From a virus (taxonomy: Duplodnaviria; Caudoviricetes): a stretch of DNA of 64,000 nt. Below, one piece after another: positions 28,830 through 36,879 of the stretch. Position 1 is the stretch's first letter; the number at the start of each line of letters is the position of its first letter. The notes beneath the pieces are model-generated. The model was not told the DNA's origin, did not search any database, and saw nothing but the letters and a program-made list of their open reading frames with translations. The stretch covers positions 1 to 64,000 of the IMG/VR virus record IMGVR_UViG_3300027689_000001. One strand, written 5' to 3'. The position numbers were made by a program, and so were the translations under genes.

Positions 28830-29414
28830 TTATTTTACCACCGTCCCAATCTCCTGTTCTAGTTGGCGGATGTAATGCCCCTTATCAATTTTGACAAAGG
28901 GTTTATATTTCTTTACCAAATGCACGAAGTCATTCCAAATAAAATCATTCGATAAAGAACTATAATCGTTATTCTCTAGTATACCTATTTTTGCCAAAAT
29001 AGCAATAGATTCTAGAGAAATCTTTTTACCAAGATAAAGTTTTAATATCTTGGGGTGTTGACCATCAATTACTTCGAGGGGATTACCATCTGCATAGAGA
29101 GTTTGGATATCTTGTTTAAAAGTATATCCTAATTTCTGCATTCGTGTCTGCCACTCTGTATAGACTTCATTTGCCTCTGTATCAAAAACACCACCCCATT
29201 GATTTCCAGATACAAAATTGGCAACTAGAAAATCAATGACCTCAGTTTTTGTTTTTGTATCTGCAATTTTGCGCAGAGCAAACAAGTCTTTGCGTTTCAA
29301 GAATGCTTCTCTAGAAACCTTTACCCCTTTACGGGATTTGGTAATATCGAAATCAGGTCTAGTGAAATGCAATCTCAATGAGAGATACAATTGATAAACT
29401 TGAAGCGAGTCCAT
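28830..29414 (-). CDS. gp59: Helicase loader gp59
   Basis: YQLYLSLRLHF, FLKRKD, FLVANFV, HPKILKLYLGKKISLES, KKYKPF. Confidence 0.88.
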   Translation of the reverse strand: MDSLQVYQLYLSLRLHFTRPDFDITKSRKGVKVSREAFLKRKDLFALRKIADTKTKTEVIDFLVANFVSGNQWGGVFDTEANEVYTEWQTRMQKLGYTFKQDIQTLYADGNPLEVIDGQHPKILKLYLGKKISLESIAILAKIGILENNDYSSLSNDFIWNDFVHLVKKYKPFVKIDKGHYIRQLEQEIGTVVK

Positions 29415-29680
29415 CAGAGAGGCAAAACCCCATCATCGTTTTTTAACATGTTGAGTTGTTGCGCTTCAACTTTAATCTTTTCTTTAAGTGATGCGCTGAT
29501 AAGACTAGCAACAGAGCCCACCTCAATATTTCGTTTCTCACAATAGTCTATTAGAATATCCATACATGGTGTTCTAGAGTCTCTTGCGAGTTTCTCAATA
29601 AAGATGGAGAACTCTGCTGCCGTCTTAAATTGCTTAGTTATTAAAAACTCATCAGTTATTGGAATTACTTCCGTTACCAT
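29414..29680 (-). CDS. gp33: Late transcription coactivator gp33
   Basis: FSIFIEKL..MDILIDYCE..LISASLKEKIKVEAQQLNML; adjacent to gp59. Confidence 0.88.
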   Translation of the reverse strand: MVTEVIPITDEFLITKQFKTAAEFSIFIEKLARDSRTPCMDILIDYCEKRNIEVGSVASLISASLKEKIKVEAQQLNMLKNDDGVLPL

Positions 29681-29683
29681 AAT

Positions 29684-30304
29684 CTATCCTGCGTAAAAAA
29701 TATGTCTACCGATTTTAGTAACTCTCTGTAATCTCCACCCTGGACTAACATAATCCGCATGGTAAAACAACACGTTACTATTAACTACTATACGCGTATT
29801 GATCTCAGAAGTCAATACTTTTTTAGCAATATCTTTTGCTTCGGCGTATAATACTGGGTCTTTGGCAGGTCGACGCATACACGTCCAACTGAACTGACAG
29901 ACCCTACTTGTTCTCTGATAAACGACAGAGCAAACGTTTGATGGATATTTTGGATTGCGAACTCTATTTAAAGTTACACCTGCAACCGCGATTTTACCCT
30001 TTCTGGGTTCATTACCTGCTTCGTAGTAGATGTTATCTGCTAGACAAGTTATTGCTGCAGAATTTTGTGACAGGTATTTTTGTTTTTCTTTTTTAACGTT
30101 TTTTTGTATGATTTCTTCTTGTTTTTGTAAAATTTCTTGGTTTTGTCGTTTTACGCTTTCGACTTTCTCATATCCACCGACAGTGTATTCCATTGCGGTG
30201 TCTTCGATTCTTTCTTTTGCATAACTCAATGATACACAATATATTACAATTACCACTAAAATTGAAGAAAGAATTTTCAATGTCTTCTTATTAAAGGAAG
30301 GCAT
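29684..30304 (-). CDS. SleB-like cell wall hydrolase (Hydrolase_2) with N-terminal membrane anchor
   Basis: CLADNIYYEAGNE, VAGVTLNRV, CQFSW, FYHADYVSPGW, IGRHIFY. Start at ATG 30304 (AAGGA upstream) is preferred over 30376. Confidence 0.88.
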   Translation of the reverse strand: MPSFNKKTLKILSSILVVIVIYCVSLSYAKERIEDTAMEYTVGGYEKVESVKRQNQEILQKQEEIIQKNVKKEKQKYLSQNSAAITCLADNIYYEAGNEPRKGKIAVAGVTLNRVRNPKYPSNVCSVVYQRTSRVCQFSWTCMRRPAKDPVLYAEAKDIAKKVLTSEINTRIVVNSNVLFYHADYVSPGWRLQRVTKIGRHIFYAG

Positions 30305-30429
30305 CTCTATTCCTTGGATTGTTAAACTGGAGAGAGGATTAACCAGTGACTCCCTACACTGGGCACTTTTTTTCAAAGGTGCATTATATTTAGGGTTTCG
30401 AAACTCTTTATAGTCTCGTTTTAACCCTA

Positions 30430-30672
30430 AACTAGAACGGTTGACGGTTTATTCTGTTTCGAGGAAAACCGCCGAAAACCCAATGCTAGCTTAAGCAGCT
30501 AGAGCAAAGGCAACGTTATCGTTTGCATTTACAGTTTGTGGCGCTTTGCCAGTCAATCAGTCTCGGTATTCCTATTACACGAAAATCGATATCCAGGTCA
30601 CCCCCATATGGTGGAGGTGGAGGGAGTCGAACCCTCGTCTTTCCGCTTTTATTGTCAACTGTCATCAACTAA
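30430..30672 (-). ncRNA. ssrA: Circularly permuted (two-piece) tmRNA
   Basis: Minus strand: T-arm GAGGG-TTCGACT-CCCTC, then CACCTCC-A-CCA (ends 30609), spacer TAT, then the 5' acceptor strand GGGGGTG (starts 30605), giving a G3:U70 pair. Tag frame 30526-30491 reads ANDNVAFALAA-stop. Outer ends approximate. Confidence 0.93.
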
Positions 30673-30677
30673 TATTC

Positions 30678-30708
30678 TATTTATACTATACTTAACGTAG
30701 GAAGTCAA
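30678..30708 (-). promoter_or_regulatory. Composite promoter for the tmRNA: TTGACT-N17-TATAAA overlapping a late TATAAATA
   Basis: Minus strand TTGACTTCCTACGTTAAGTATAGTATAAATA. Confidence 0.75.
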
Positions 30709-30920
30709 GTGTTTTTTACCACACTTCCCCATTTAATTTTCAACCAAATTCTTTCATGGATGTAGTAGTCTACACTCAACATCAAATGTAAGATAGTCGA
30801 AAACCCCGTCGCTTCACCAATATTTCCAGTGAACAGATATGTCCAAAGAATCGTGAACAACCATGCAGATACTCTGTATGAAATACCTCTAACTAAAGTC
30901 CGTGTTTTTGTTTCAAACAT
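30705..30920 (-). CDS. Small membrane protein, DUF2061-like
   Basis: ETKTRTLVRGISYRV..YYIHERIWLKIKWG. Confidence 0.75.
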   Translation of the reverse strand: MFETKTRTLVRGISYRVSAWLFTILWTYLFTGNIGEATGFSTILHLMLSVDYYIHERIWLKIKWGSVVKNT

Positions 30921-30925
30921 AAAAT

Positions 30926-31750
30926 CTACCCATATAAATTTGAATAATCAAATGCAATTCTGTGAAGGACACGATTGTCCATTCCGTCGAAATCCCAACG
31001 TTTGTGAATGCTCAACCATTGTTCCGATATAACAATATCTCCATCTTCCCAATCATGATGATAAACAAACTCATCCTTTAGCACATGTTCAGTTAGTTCC
31101 TGCATAATGCTTTCAAATTGTTCCTGTTCGTATCCATCAAATCCAAAAATTTGTAAGAACGGAAAGAAAATTCCAGTCTTACCTTCTTTATTGGTGTGAA
31201 CAAGATCGATTAAATTGTCTCTGTTTACATGGTCATTGAAGATTGTAGTTTGTGAGTACTTTCCATGTTCATGCCCACAATATACCTTTATGTCAGCAAT
31301 CTTAGATTTCATCTCATCACTTAATGCTTTGTAACTCGCAATGTTGTTAATCCAACTGGTGCGAGAACCTTTTGTTCCCTTTACTCCATGTAACCAAATA
31401 AGAGGATCTCGCTCTTTGTTGCTAGGTTGATTTGCATGCCAATCTAGAGCAACTTTGTGACCATGTAATCCTTGTTCACCATCCTTGTTGCGTTGACCCG
31501 TTACTCGAAGAATATGGTCAGTTAAACGAATGTGTTTAATTCTTTCTGCTTCTACGGGATAGTATTGACACTTTCCTATAATTTTACAGAATCGTACTTC
31601 ATCTTCAGTCGAGAGTGATTGGTTCTTGAACACAACCACCATGTTACTAACAATGAGTTTACCGACTTGTCTAACTTGCTCGTCGGTTAACATTCTGATG
31701 TCCTCGTCAACGAACACGGTCCATCCATTATCTAATATTTTAATTTGCAT
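30926..31750 (-). CDS. TauD/TfdA-family Fe(II)/2-oxoglutarate dioxygenase
   Basis: VVVFKNQSL, LDWHAN (HxD variant HxN), HHDWEDGDIVI, HKR, RVLHRI. Confidence 0.8.
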   Translation of the reverse strand: MQIKILDNGWTVFVDEDIRMLTDEQVRQVGKLIVSNMVVVFKNQSLSTEDEVRFCKIIGKCQYYPVEAERIKHIRLTDHILRVTGQRNKDGEQGLHGHKVALDWHANQPSNKERDPLIWLHGVKGTKGSRTSWINNIASYKALSDEMKSKIADIKVYCGHEHGKYSQTTIFNDHVNRDNLIDLVHTNKEGKTGIFFPFLQIFGFDGYEQEQFESIMQELTEHVLKDEFVYHHDWEDGDIVISEQWLSIHKRWDFDGMDNRVLHRIAFDYSNLYG

Positions 31751-31769
31751 AATATACTCTCTTTACATC

Positions 31770-32447
31770 TCAGTCGAGATAATATCCATTTTCATAATAG
31801 TCGCGTGTTTTGATTAATTCTTTTGCCCAGTTATCACGCTTCTCGATGAACACCTGTGGTTCCTCATCTTCGACTGCGATCAGAATTACAACATTAGGAA
31901 TAGAAATACCTGTTCGCTCTTCATACATGATTGCATATGCAGTAGTCTGCATAAAGTAGGAACTGATATGTTCTTTCTTCTTGAGTTTACCCGAGGTTTT
32001 AAAGTCAATAACTGCTCGTTGCCCGTTATACTCGGCGATACAGTCAACGCGACCTGCCATGCGCAAATGGTCACTATACAGAGCAAGTTCTTGACAATGT
32101 ATATTGCTGATGGGATCGAGAATGGGTAGAAATTTTGTGAACATCTCAAGGTCAAGCAACGATGCTTTCGTGCTCGTATACGCTTCTTTCAGATCTTCGT
32201 TCTTGAGATATGTCTCGGTCAAAGAGTGAATCTTTGTTCCGCGAGTGGATGACTGCCTAGAGATTTTGTCTGCTTCTTCAGCACCAACACGAGCACGCCA
32301 TTTGGCAATTCCGTCTCGACTTAATACAGAAAGAACGGTGGTAGCAGAAGGATACGCTACACCAGAGGCATTAACGTAAACTCTGCTACCATCTTCGTTC
32401 GTAGTTGATTGAGCGAAATCTTCATATTCATATATCGTTTTAAACAT
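31770..32447 (-). CDS. PD-(D/E)XK exonuclease of T4-like phages
   Basis: YPSATTVL, RGTKIH, AGRVDCIAEY, IDFKTS, YFMQTTAYA; adjacent to phoH. Confidence 0.85.
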   Translation of the reverse strand: MFKTIYEYEDFAQSTTNEDGSRVYVNASGVAYPSATTVLSVLSRDGIAKWRARVGAEEADKISRQSSTRGTKIHSLTETYLKNEDLKEAYTSTKASLLDLEMFTKFLPILDPISNIHCQELALYSDHLRMAGRVDCIAEYNGQRAVIDFKTSGKLKKKEHISSYFMQTTAYAIMYEERTGISIPNVVILIAVEDEEPQVFIEKRDNWAKELIKTRDYYENGYYLD

Positions 32448-32452
32448 AATTC

Positions 32453-32481
32453 ATTATACTATAATTTTTACGAAAAGTCAA
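32453..32481 (-). promoter_or_regulatory. Sigma70-type promoter TTGACT-N17-TATAAT
   Basis: Near-consensus motif, 5 nt upstream of the exonuclease ATG. Confidence 0.75.
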
Positions 32482-32768
32482 GCCATTTCGTCAATAAATT
32501 CTTTCAATTTAGTTTGATAAAAATAAAAGTAATTAACATCATTCTCTAGTATGGAATAATTTTCATCTTCAACCACAGTATTTGCTTCTGTAATTTCTCT
32601 GTTCAATTTTGCAATAAAATCTGCATTAGCAGGATCTTCTGCATCTAATCCATCCAATTGCGCCTGCAACTGAGACGGACGATCTAGTGCAAGTTGTTTT
32701 GGTTGGGTTGGCAGACCTGTAAATGCATCACCAAGTGATGCGTGGAAATCTTCTAGTAGTGTTGACAT
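32478..32768 (-). CDS. Hypothetical protein
   Basis: 96 aa, AGGAG RBS, co-oriented with neighbours. Confidence 0.7.
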   Translation of the reverse strand: MSTLLEDFHASLGDAFTGLPTQPKQLALDRPSQLQAQLDGLDAEDPANADFIAKLNREITEANTVVEDENYSILENDVNYFYFYQTKLKEFIDEMA

Positions 32769-32777
32769 TTTTATCTC

Positions 32778-33536
32778 CTATGCTGCGTAGCGACTTTCGT
32801 AATCTAGTCTTGCAATTATGTATTCTTTTACGAGTTTTGATCGAACGATATCGTCTACTGTAAACTCAACAGTTTTAAATGAAGGCATCATATCTGCGAT
32901 CGCAATAAACTTTTGCAACCCAGACATATCGTTCTTCTTATATAGGTCAGTTTGACGGAAGTCTCCACAGAAAATGACTTTTGAGTTCTTACCAATACGA
33001 GTCATGATAGAATTAAGTTCCATGTCTGTCATGTTCTGACATTCATCGACAACTACGATCGAATTATCTAGAGTGATACCACGAACGAATGATGTAATAA
33101 GGAAGTGAACCATTTTTTGTTCTTGTAAGCGAGCAAATGGTTGAATATGATTGAAGAGATCTTCGCAGATTTCAACATACGGTAAAGTATAGACTTCTGT
33201 TTTTTCTTTTTCGTCACCTGGAAGGTGACCGATATCTCTTGATGGCACTGCTGAACGTACAATAACGAGACGTTCGAAATTGCTGGAACTATCTAATACT
33301 TCTTCTAATGCTTTATATAGGGCGATGAATGTTTTACCAGTGCCAGCGACACCATGTAGTAGGACTGCGGATGCTTGCTTATCATAAATTTCGAAAAAAG
33401 ATCTTTGATTGAAATTTAGAGGGGAAATTTGTTTCAAATCATTATATGAAACTTTGCATTTAGAACTTCTCTCTTGTTGAATGATAGTTTCGGATGGGGC
33501 GACGAGTTGTAGATTATTTTGCTTTCTTCTCGACAT
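32778..33536 (-). CDS. phoH: PhoH-family ATPase
   Basis: GVAGTGKT, IGHLPG, SFVRGITL, VVDECQN, CGDFRQTD, DIVRS. Confidence 0.95.
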   Translation of the reverse strand: MSRRKQNNLQLVAPSETIIQQERSSKCKVSYNDLKQISPLNFNQRSFFEIYDKQASAVLLHGVAGTGKTFIALYKALEEVLDSSSNFERLVIVRSAVPSRDIGHLPGDEKEKTEVYTLPYVEICEDLFNHIQPFARLQEQKMVHFLITSFVRGITLDNSIVVVDECQNMTDMELNSIMTRIGKNSKVIFCGDFRQTDLYKKNDMSGLQKFIAIADMMPSFKTVEFTVDDIVRSKLVKEYIIARLDYESRYAA

Positions 33537-33570
33537 TTGCAGTCCTTATTTTAACTAGAGGGTTGGTACG

Positions 33571-33605
33571 AAAAAGGCGACTCCACGCAAGGTAGAGTCG
33601 CCTTT
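33571..33605 (-). terminator. Intrinsic terminator hairpin upstream of phoH
   Basis: AAAGGCGACTCTAC-CTTGC-GTGGAGTCGCCTTTTT on the minus strand. Confidence 0.75.
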
Positions 33606-33671
33606 ATTTTCCGAGGACATCGGAATCTAAAACTGGGATGGGAGTTCTTTTTTGTTCCATACAAGTATTTA

Positions 33672-34211
33672 TTAAACTGTATCGCTCCACCACTCTGGAA
33701 TCGGACGATTTTTCCATTTTGCAAAACTTTTTTTCGCGCCGATATAATAGTTCTTATATGCCTGAATTGAGTCGAGTGTCTTGTATTCTTCTGGCATACA
33801 CTGAGGCATAGGAGTTATATCACCATCTTTGATATTGGTAGGCAGATTACCCAAATAGGGAATCAATCGTTCAGAAACATGATGCCTACCGTAACGAAAT
33901 GTGTATTCGTCCATAAGATTCCGCCAAAGGGTATACAACCACATGTAGTTACCTGTGGTCTCTCTGCACCAAATGCCTGAAGGATGTTTCATGTGAGATG
34001 CAAGGTATAGATTACTATCACGATCGTCTTCCAATTTCCAACGCATTGCTTTGCGTCCAGAAATAGATTTACCCACATATTCATCACCATCAAGAAGTCG
34101 ATGAGCAGTTGATAGAAGTTGCGCATATTCTAGAATCATTTTGACAACATGTTTGTCAACATGCATCACTGCACACGTCTTGGGGTCTGGATGTAGATAA
34201 AAAATATTCAT
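33672..34211 (-). CDS. Pyrimidine-dimer DNA glycosylase (DenV)-like protein
   Basis: MNIFYL..DKHVVKMILEYAQLLSTAH, HPSGIW, EYTFRYGRHH, QCMP, AYKNYY. Confidence 0.65.
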   Translation of the reverse strand: MNIFYLHPDPKTCAVMHVDKHVVKMILEYAQLLSTAHRLLDGDEYVGKSISGRKAMRWKLEDDRDSNLYLASHMKHPSGIWCRETTGNYMWLYTLWRNLMDEYTFRYGRHHVSERLIPYLGNLPTNIKDGDITPMPQCMPEEYKTLDSIQAYKNYYIGAKKSFAKWKNRPIPEWWSDTV

Positions 34212-34217
34212 AATGTA

Positions 34218-34496
34218 TTACTCGTCAAATGGAATCTCTTCCATGTTATTAATTATGTTTTGTATCGCATCTTTAGCGACATTACTTATTATACTGTTTC
34301 CTATCGAAAAGTCAAGTGCTTTTCTAACAAAAATTGGATCTAATGCATTCAACATATCTGGTTTATATCTCTTATCACATTCTGGATAAGTATTCAATGC
34401 AGCAAGGACAAGTTCTACTTCGAAGTCCGTATATAAAGATATACGATACCTTCTGTGCGATAGAAATCTATCTGGAAAATTAACTACTCTACCCAT
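34218..34496 (-). CDS. Hypothetical protein
   Basis: 92-aa co-oriented ORF behind a TAATAAATA late-like motif. Confidence 0.6.
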   Translation of the reverse strand: MGRVVNFPDRFLSHRRYRISLYTDFEVELVLAALNTYPECDKRYKPDMLNALDPIFVRKALDFSIGNSIISNVAKDAIQNIINNMEEIPFDE

Positions 34497-34510
34497 AACA
34501 ATATTTATTA

Positions 34511-35938
34511 TTAAAAGACCTTCACATTATAGATATTTTGGAACATTGCAGCATCTTTCTTATCATTTACCATTGGAAATCCCTTTACGTTTAAACTGGT
34601 GTTGAGTAACATGGGACAACCTGTTTCTTTATACCATCTTGTCAACAATTCAAACAATCCTGGATGCTGCTGCTCGTTTACAGTTTGGACGCGAGATGTG
34701 CCATCAACGTGAATGATAGCAGGGAACTTTGCAGGAAATTTACATCTTGCAGTAAATTGCATGTAAGGGGATACTTCAACTGGCATCTCAAAATATTCTG
34801 CTGCATGTTGCTCAAGGATGACTGGGGCGAATGGTCTAAACTTTTGTCTGCGCTTAATTGCATTTACTCTGTCCTTAATGTCTGGTCTAGTAGGATCGGC
34901 GAGGAGACTTCGGTTACCAAATGCTCTCGGACCAAACTCCGCCTTTCCACTAGCAACTCCAACTATACCCTCTTTAAGCAAAGAAGTCAATAGTTTTTCT
35001 ACAGGATATTCAGTATCAATATTCTCGCCAAGGTATGGACCTTGCCAGTTTAGTTTTCTGCGATTGTTTGCAGCAATAGCACCAAGAGAACTACCAGCGT
35101 CTCCTGGATTCGGAATGATCCAAATATTCTTGAAGTATTTCAATGCGATATGATTCGCAGAGCAGTTAAGTGCGCAACCCCCTGATAACACTAGGTTATT
35201 TTGTAGAGGGTCTATTTCCTTGGCACGACGAAGCAGTTTATCGAATTCTTCTTCATAAATCTTCTGCGCAGAAGCAGCAAGGTCATAATAATCAGGATCT
35301 TCGTTTTTCAACCACCATTTACAACCACGATGTAAATTAGTTTTTTCGTAGAGTTCGCGCATGTCCCAATAGTGTTTATTGGGATTACCATATGCTGCCA
35401 TACCCATCAGGATATATTCATCTTCGTTTGGTTTCAATCCAACTCTGTCTGTTATAGCGGAATAGAATAGGCCAAGAGATTTCGGATAATCCATATTCCA
35501 CTTTTTCTTAAGAGTCTCATCGGCGCATAACCAAATAGATGCTGTATCAAATTCACCGATGGCATCAATTACTAGAGCAGTTGCAGATTCAAACTGAGAA
35601 GTATAATACCCAGCAGCAGCATGTGATTCGTGATGCGACGCAAATTCAACAGGAACTTGGAGTCCAAATTCATCCTCTAGATATCGCCGAACACTGAAAC
35701 GAACCAGTCCTTGCCCTGAAAGTAATCTACGCATTGCTCGTAGTTTTGGTTTCTCATACCAGTGGATTTTTTCTGGTTTACCAAACTTCAGCGCTGCTTC
35801 GATAAGATCTAGATTCAGATACTTGTCATTTTTGATTCCGCTATACCGTTCTGCGCTTGACGCGAATAGGATTTCTCTGCCACTGACAACAGTCAAAGCA
35901 GCATCATGTGCACCAGCAGAGATTCCCCACTCAATCAC
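34511..35938 (-). CDS. Carbamoyltransferase, NodU/CmcH/TobZ family
   Basis: HDAA, HHESHAA, DAIGE, MGMAAYG, SGGCALN, GDAGSSLG, EFGPRAFGNRS, FRPFAP, HVDGTSRVQTV, LLNTSLN. Confidence 0.95.
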   Translation of the reverse strand: MIEWGISAGAHDAALTVVSGREILFASSAERYSGIKNDKYLNLDLIEAALKFGKPEKIHWYEKPKLRAMRRLLSGQGLVRFSVRRYLEDEFGLQVPVEFASHHESHAAAGYYTSQFESATALVIDAIGEFDTASIWLCADETLKKKWNMDYPKSLGLFYSAITDRVGLKPNEDEYILMGMAAYGNPNKHYWDMRELYEKTNLHRGCKWWLKNEDPDYYDLAASAQKIYEEEFDKLLRRAKEIDPLQNNLVLSGGCALNCSANHIALKYFKNIWIIPNPGDAGSSLGAIAANNRRKLNWQGPYLGENIDTEYPVEKLLTSLLKEGIVGVASGKAEFGPRAFGNRSLLADPTRPDIKDRVNAIKRRQKFRPFAPVILEQHAAEYFEMPVEVSPYMQFTARCKFPAKFPAIIHVDGTSRVQTVNEQQHPGLFELLTRWYKETGCPMLLNTSLNVKGFPMVNDKKDAAMFQNIYNVKVF

Positions 35939-36782
35939 TATACATCTGTTCTAGTTTTTCAATTACAAGGTTTGCATATTTTTGATGGGATTCAATTCGG
36001 GGGTGTCCGAATACATGATGATTCTTAACATTAGTAATAGGATTTCCGGAAATTACTGTAAGACCAGTGGTATTAATCTCATTATTTGACGGCAGCATAG
36101 AAGCACACAAATCAACGAACTCAGAAAAATTCTTAGTTTTCAGTTCTTCTGAGAACGTATACGGTAAAAAGGTATCTTTACCAAAAACATAGCATAGTTT
36201 AATTCGTCCATCTAATCTGTCAGATAGAGTAGACAAAATCATAAGTTCTTTATAGTAATTATATAGTATATTGTAGGCATTAACCCAATGATGTTCTATT
36301 TGTGTTTTGAACTCACTGGAGAAGTTGGATTCCCATGTAGACTCTGTAAACTTAGAACCAAAAATCCCTCCACCAACATCGCCAGTTTCTAAAAATTGAA
36401 ACCATCTAAATGGAGAAGTAACTCCTGCTAAAATAAAATCATCGTTCTGTATTTTAGAATTGTGTAAATCGGATAAAATTCTATATGTTGCATCTGCTAA
36501 ACTGGATCCTGCTCTTGCTCTATTATGCAGAGGTTTATCAAATCTTTTTGCGACATAATTCGGCCAACTTTTAGTTGCATTAAGACGTAGTATATCGCTA
36601 ATTGTATTTGATGATACGTTTAAACTTTCATACAAATCGCGAGGACCTGTTATGTTAGCGTTTTTTACATGAGCAAACAGATCCCTTTCTGACATATTAA
36701 AAAATTCGTGATCCGTCAATTCGGATCCTGCAGTCATACTACATCCATAACTAATGATTCTGTTATACGGAAACTTAATCAT
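35931..36782 (-). CDS. SGNH-like hypothetical protein
   Basis: GCSMTAG block I, SWP..NRARAGSS, C-terminal GHP..SH. Confidence 0.55.
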   Translation of the reverse strand: MIKFPYNRIISYGCSMTAGSELTDHEFFNMSERDLFAHVKNANITGPRDLYESLNVSSNTISDILRLNATKSWPNYVAKRFDKPLHNRARAGSSLADATYRILSDLHNSKIQNDDFILAGVTSPFRWFQFLETGDVGGGIFGSKFTESTWESNFSSEFKTQIEHHWVNAYNILYNYYKELMILSTLSDRLDGRIKLCYVFGKDTFLPYTFSEELKTKNFSEFVDLCASMLPSNNEINTTGLTVISGNPITNVKNHHVFGHPRIESHQKYANLVIEKLEQMYSD

Positions 36783-36879
36783 ATATGAAAGGGTCCATTT
36801 TTCTTATTTTTTGTAATCTCTTTTTTACTCTTCTAGATTGTAAATAAGAACGAATTATCGTTAATATTTTTTTAAACAT
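36775..36879 (-). CDS. 34-aa basic peptide (not in track)
   Basis: MFKKILTIIRSYLQSRRVKKRLQKIRKMDPFIYD; overlaps the upstream stop and downstream start (translational coupling); AAAGGA upstream. Confidence 0.7.
   Translation of the reverse strand: MFKKILTIIRSYLQSRRVKKRLQKIRKMDPFIYD

Noticed and set aside
30609-30640. tRNA gene (T-arm plus CCA end)
   Set aside because: There is no D-arm or anticodon arm upstream. The matching 5' strand lies downstream and is followed by a tag frame, so it is the acceptor piece of a permuted tmRNA.
31770-32447. Cas4 of a CRISPR system
   Set aside because: It lacks the Fe-S cysteines and any CRISPR context; it is the usual exonuclease next to phoH.
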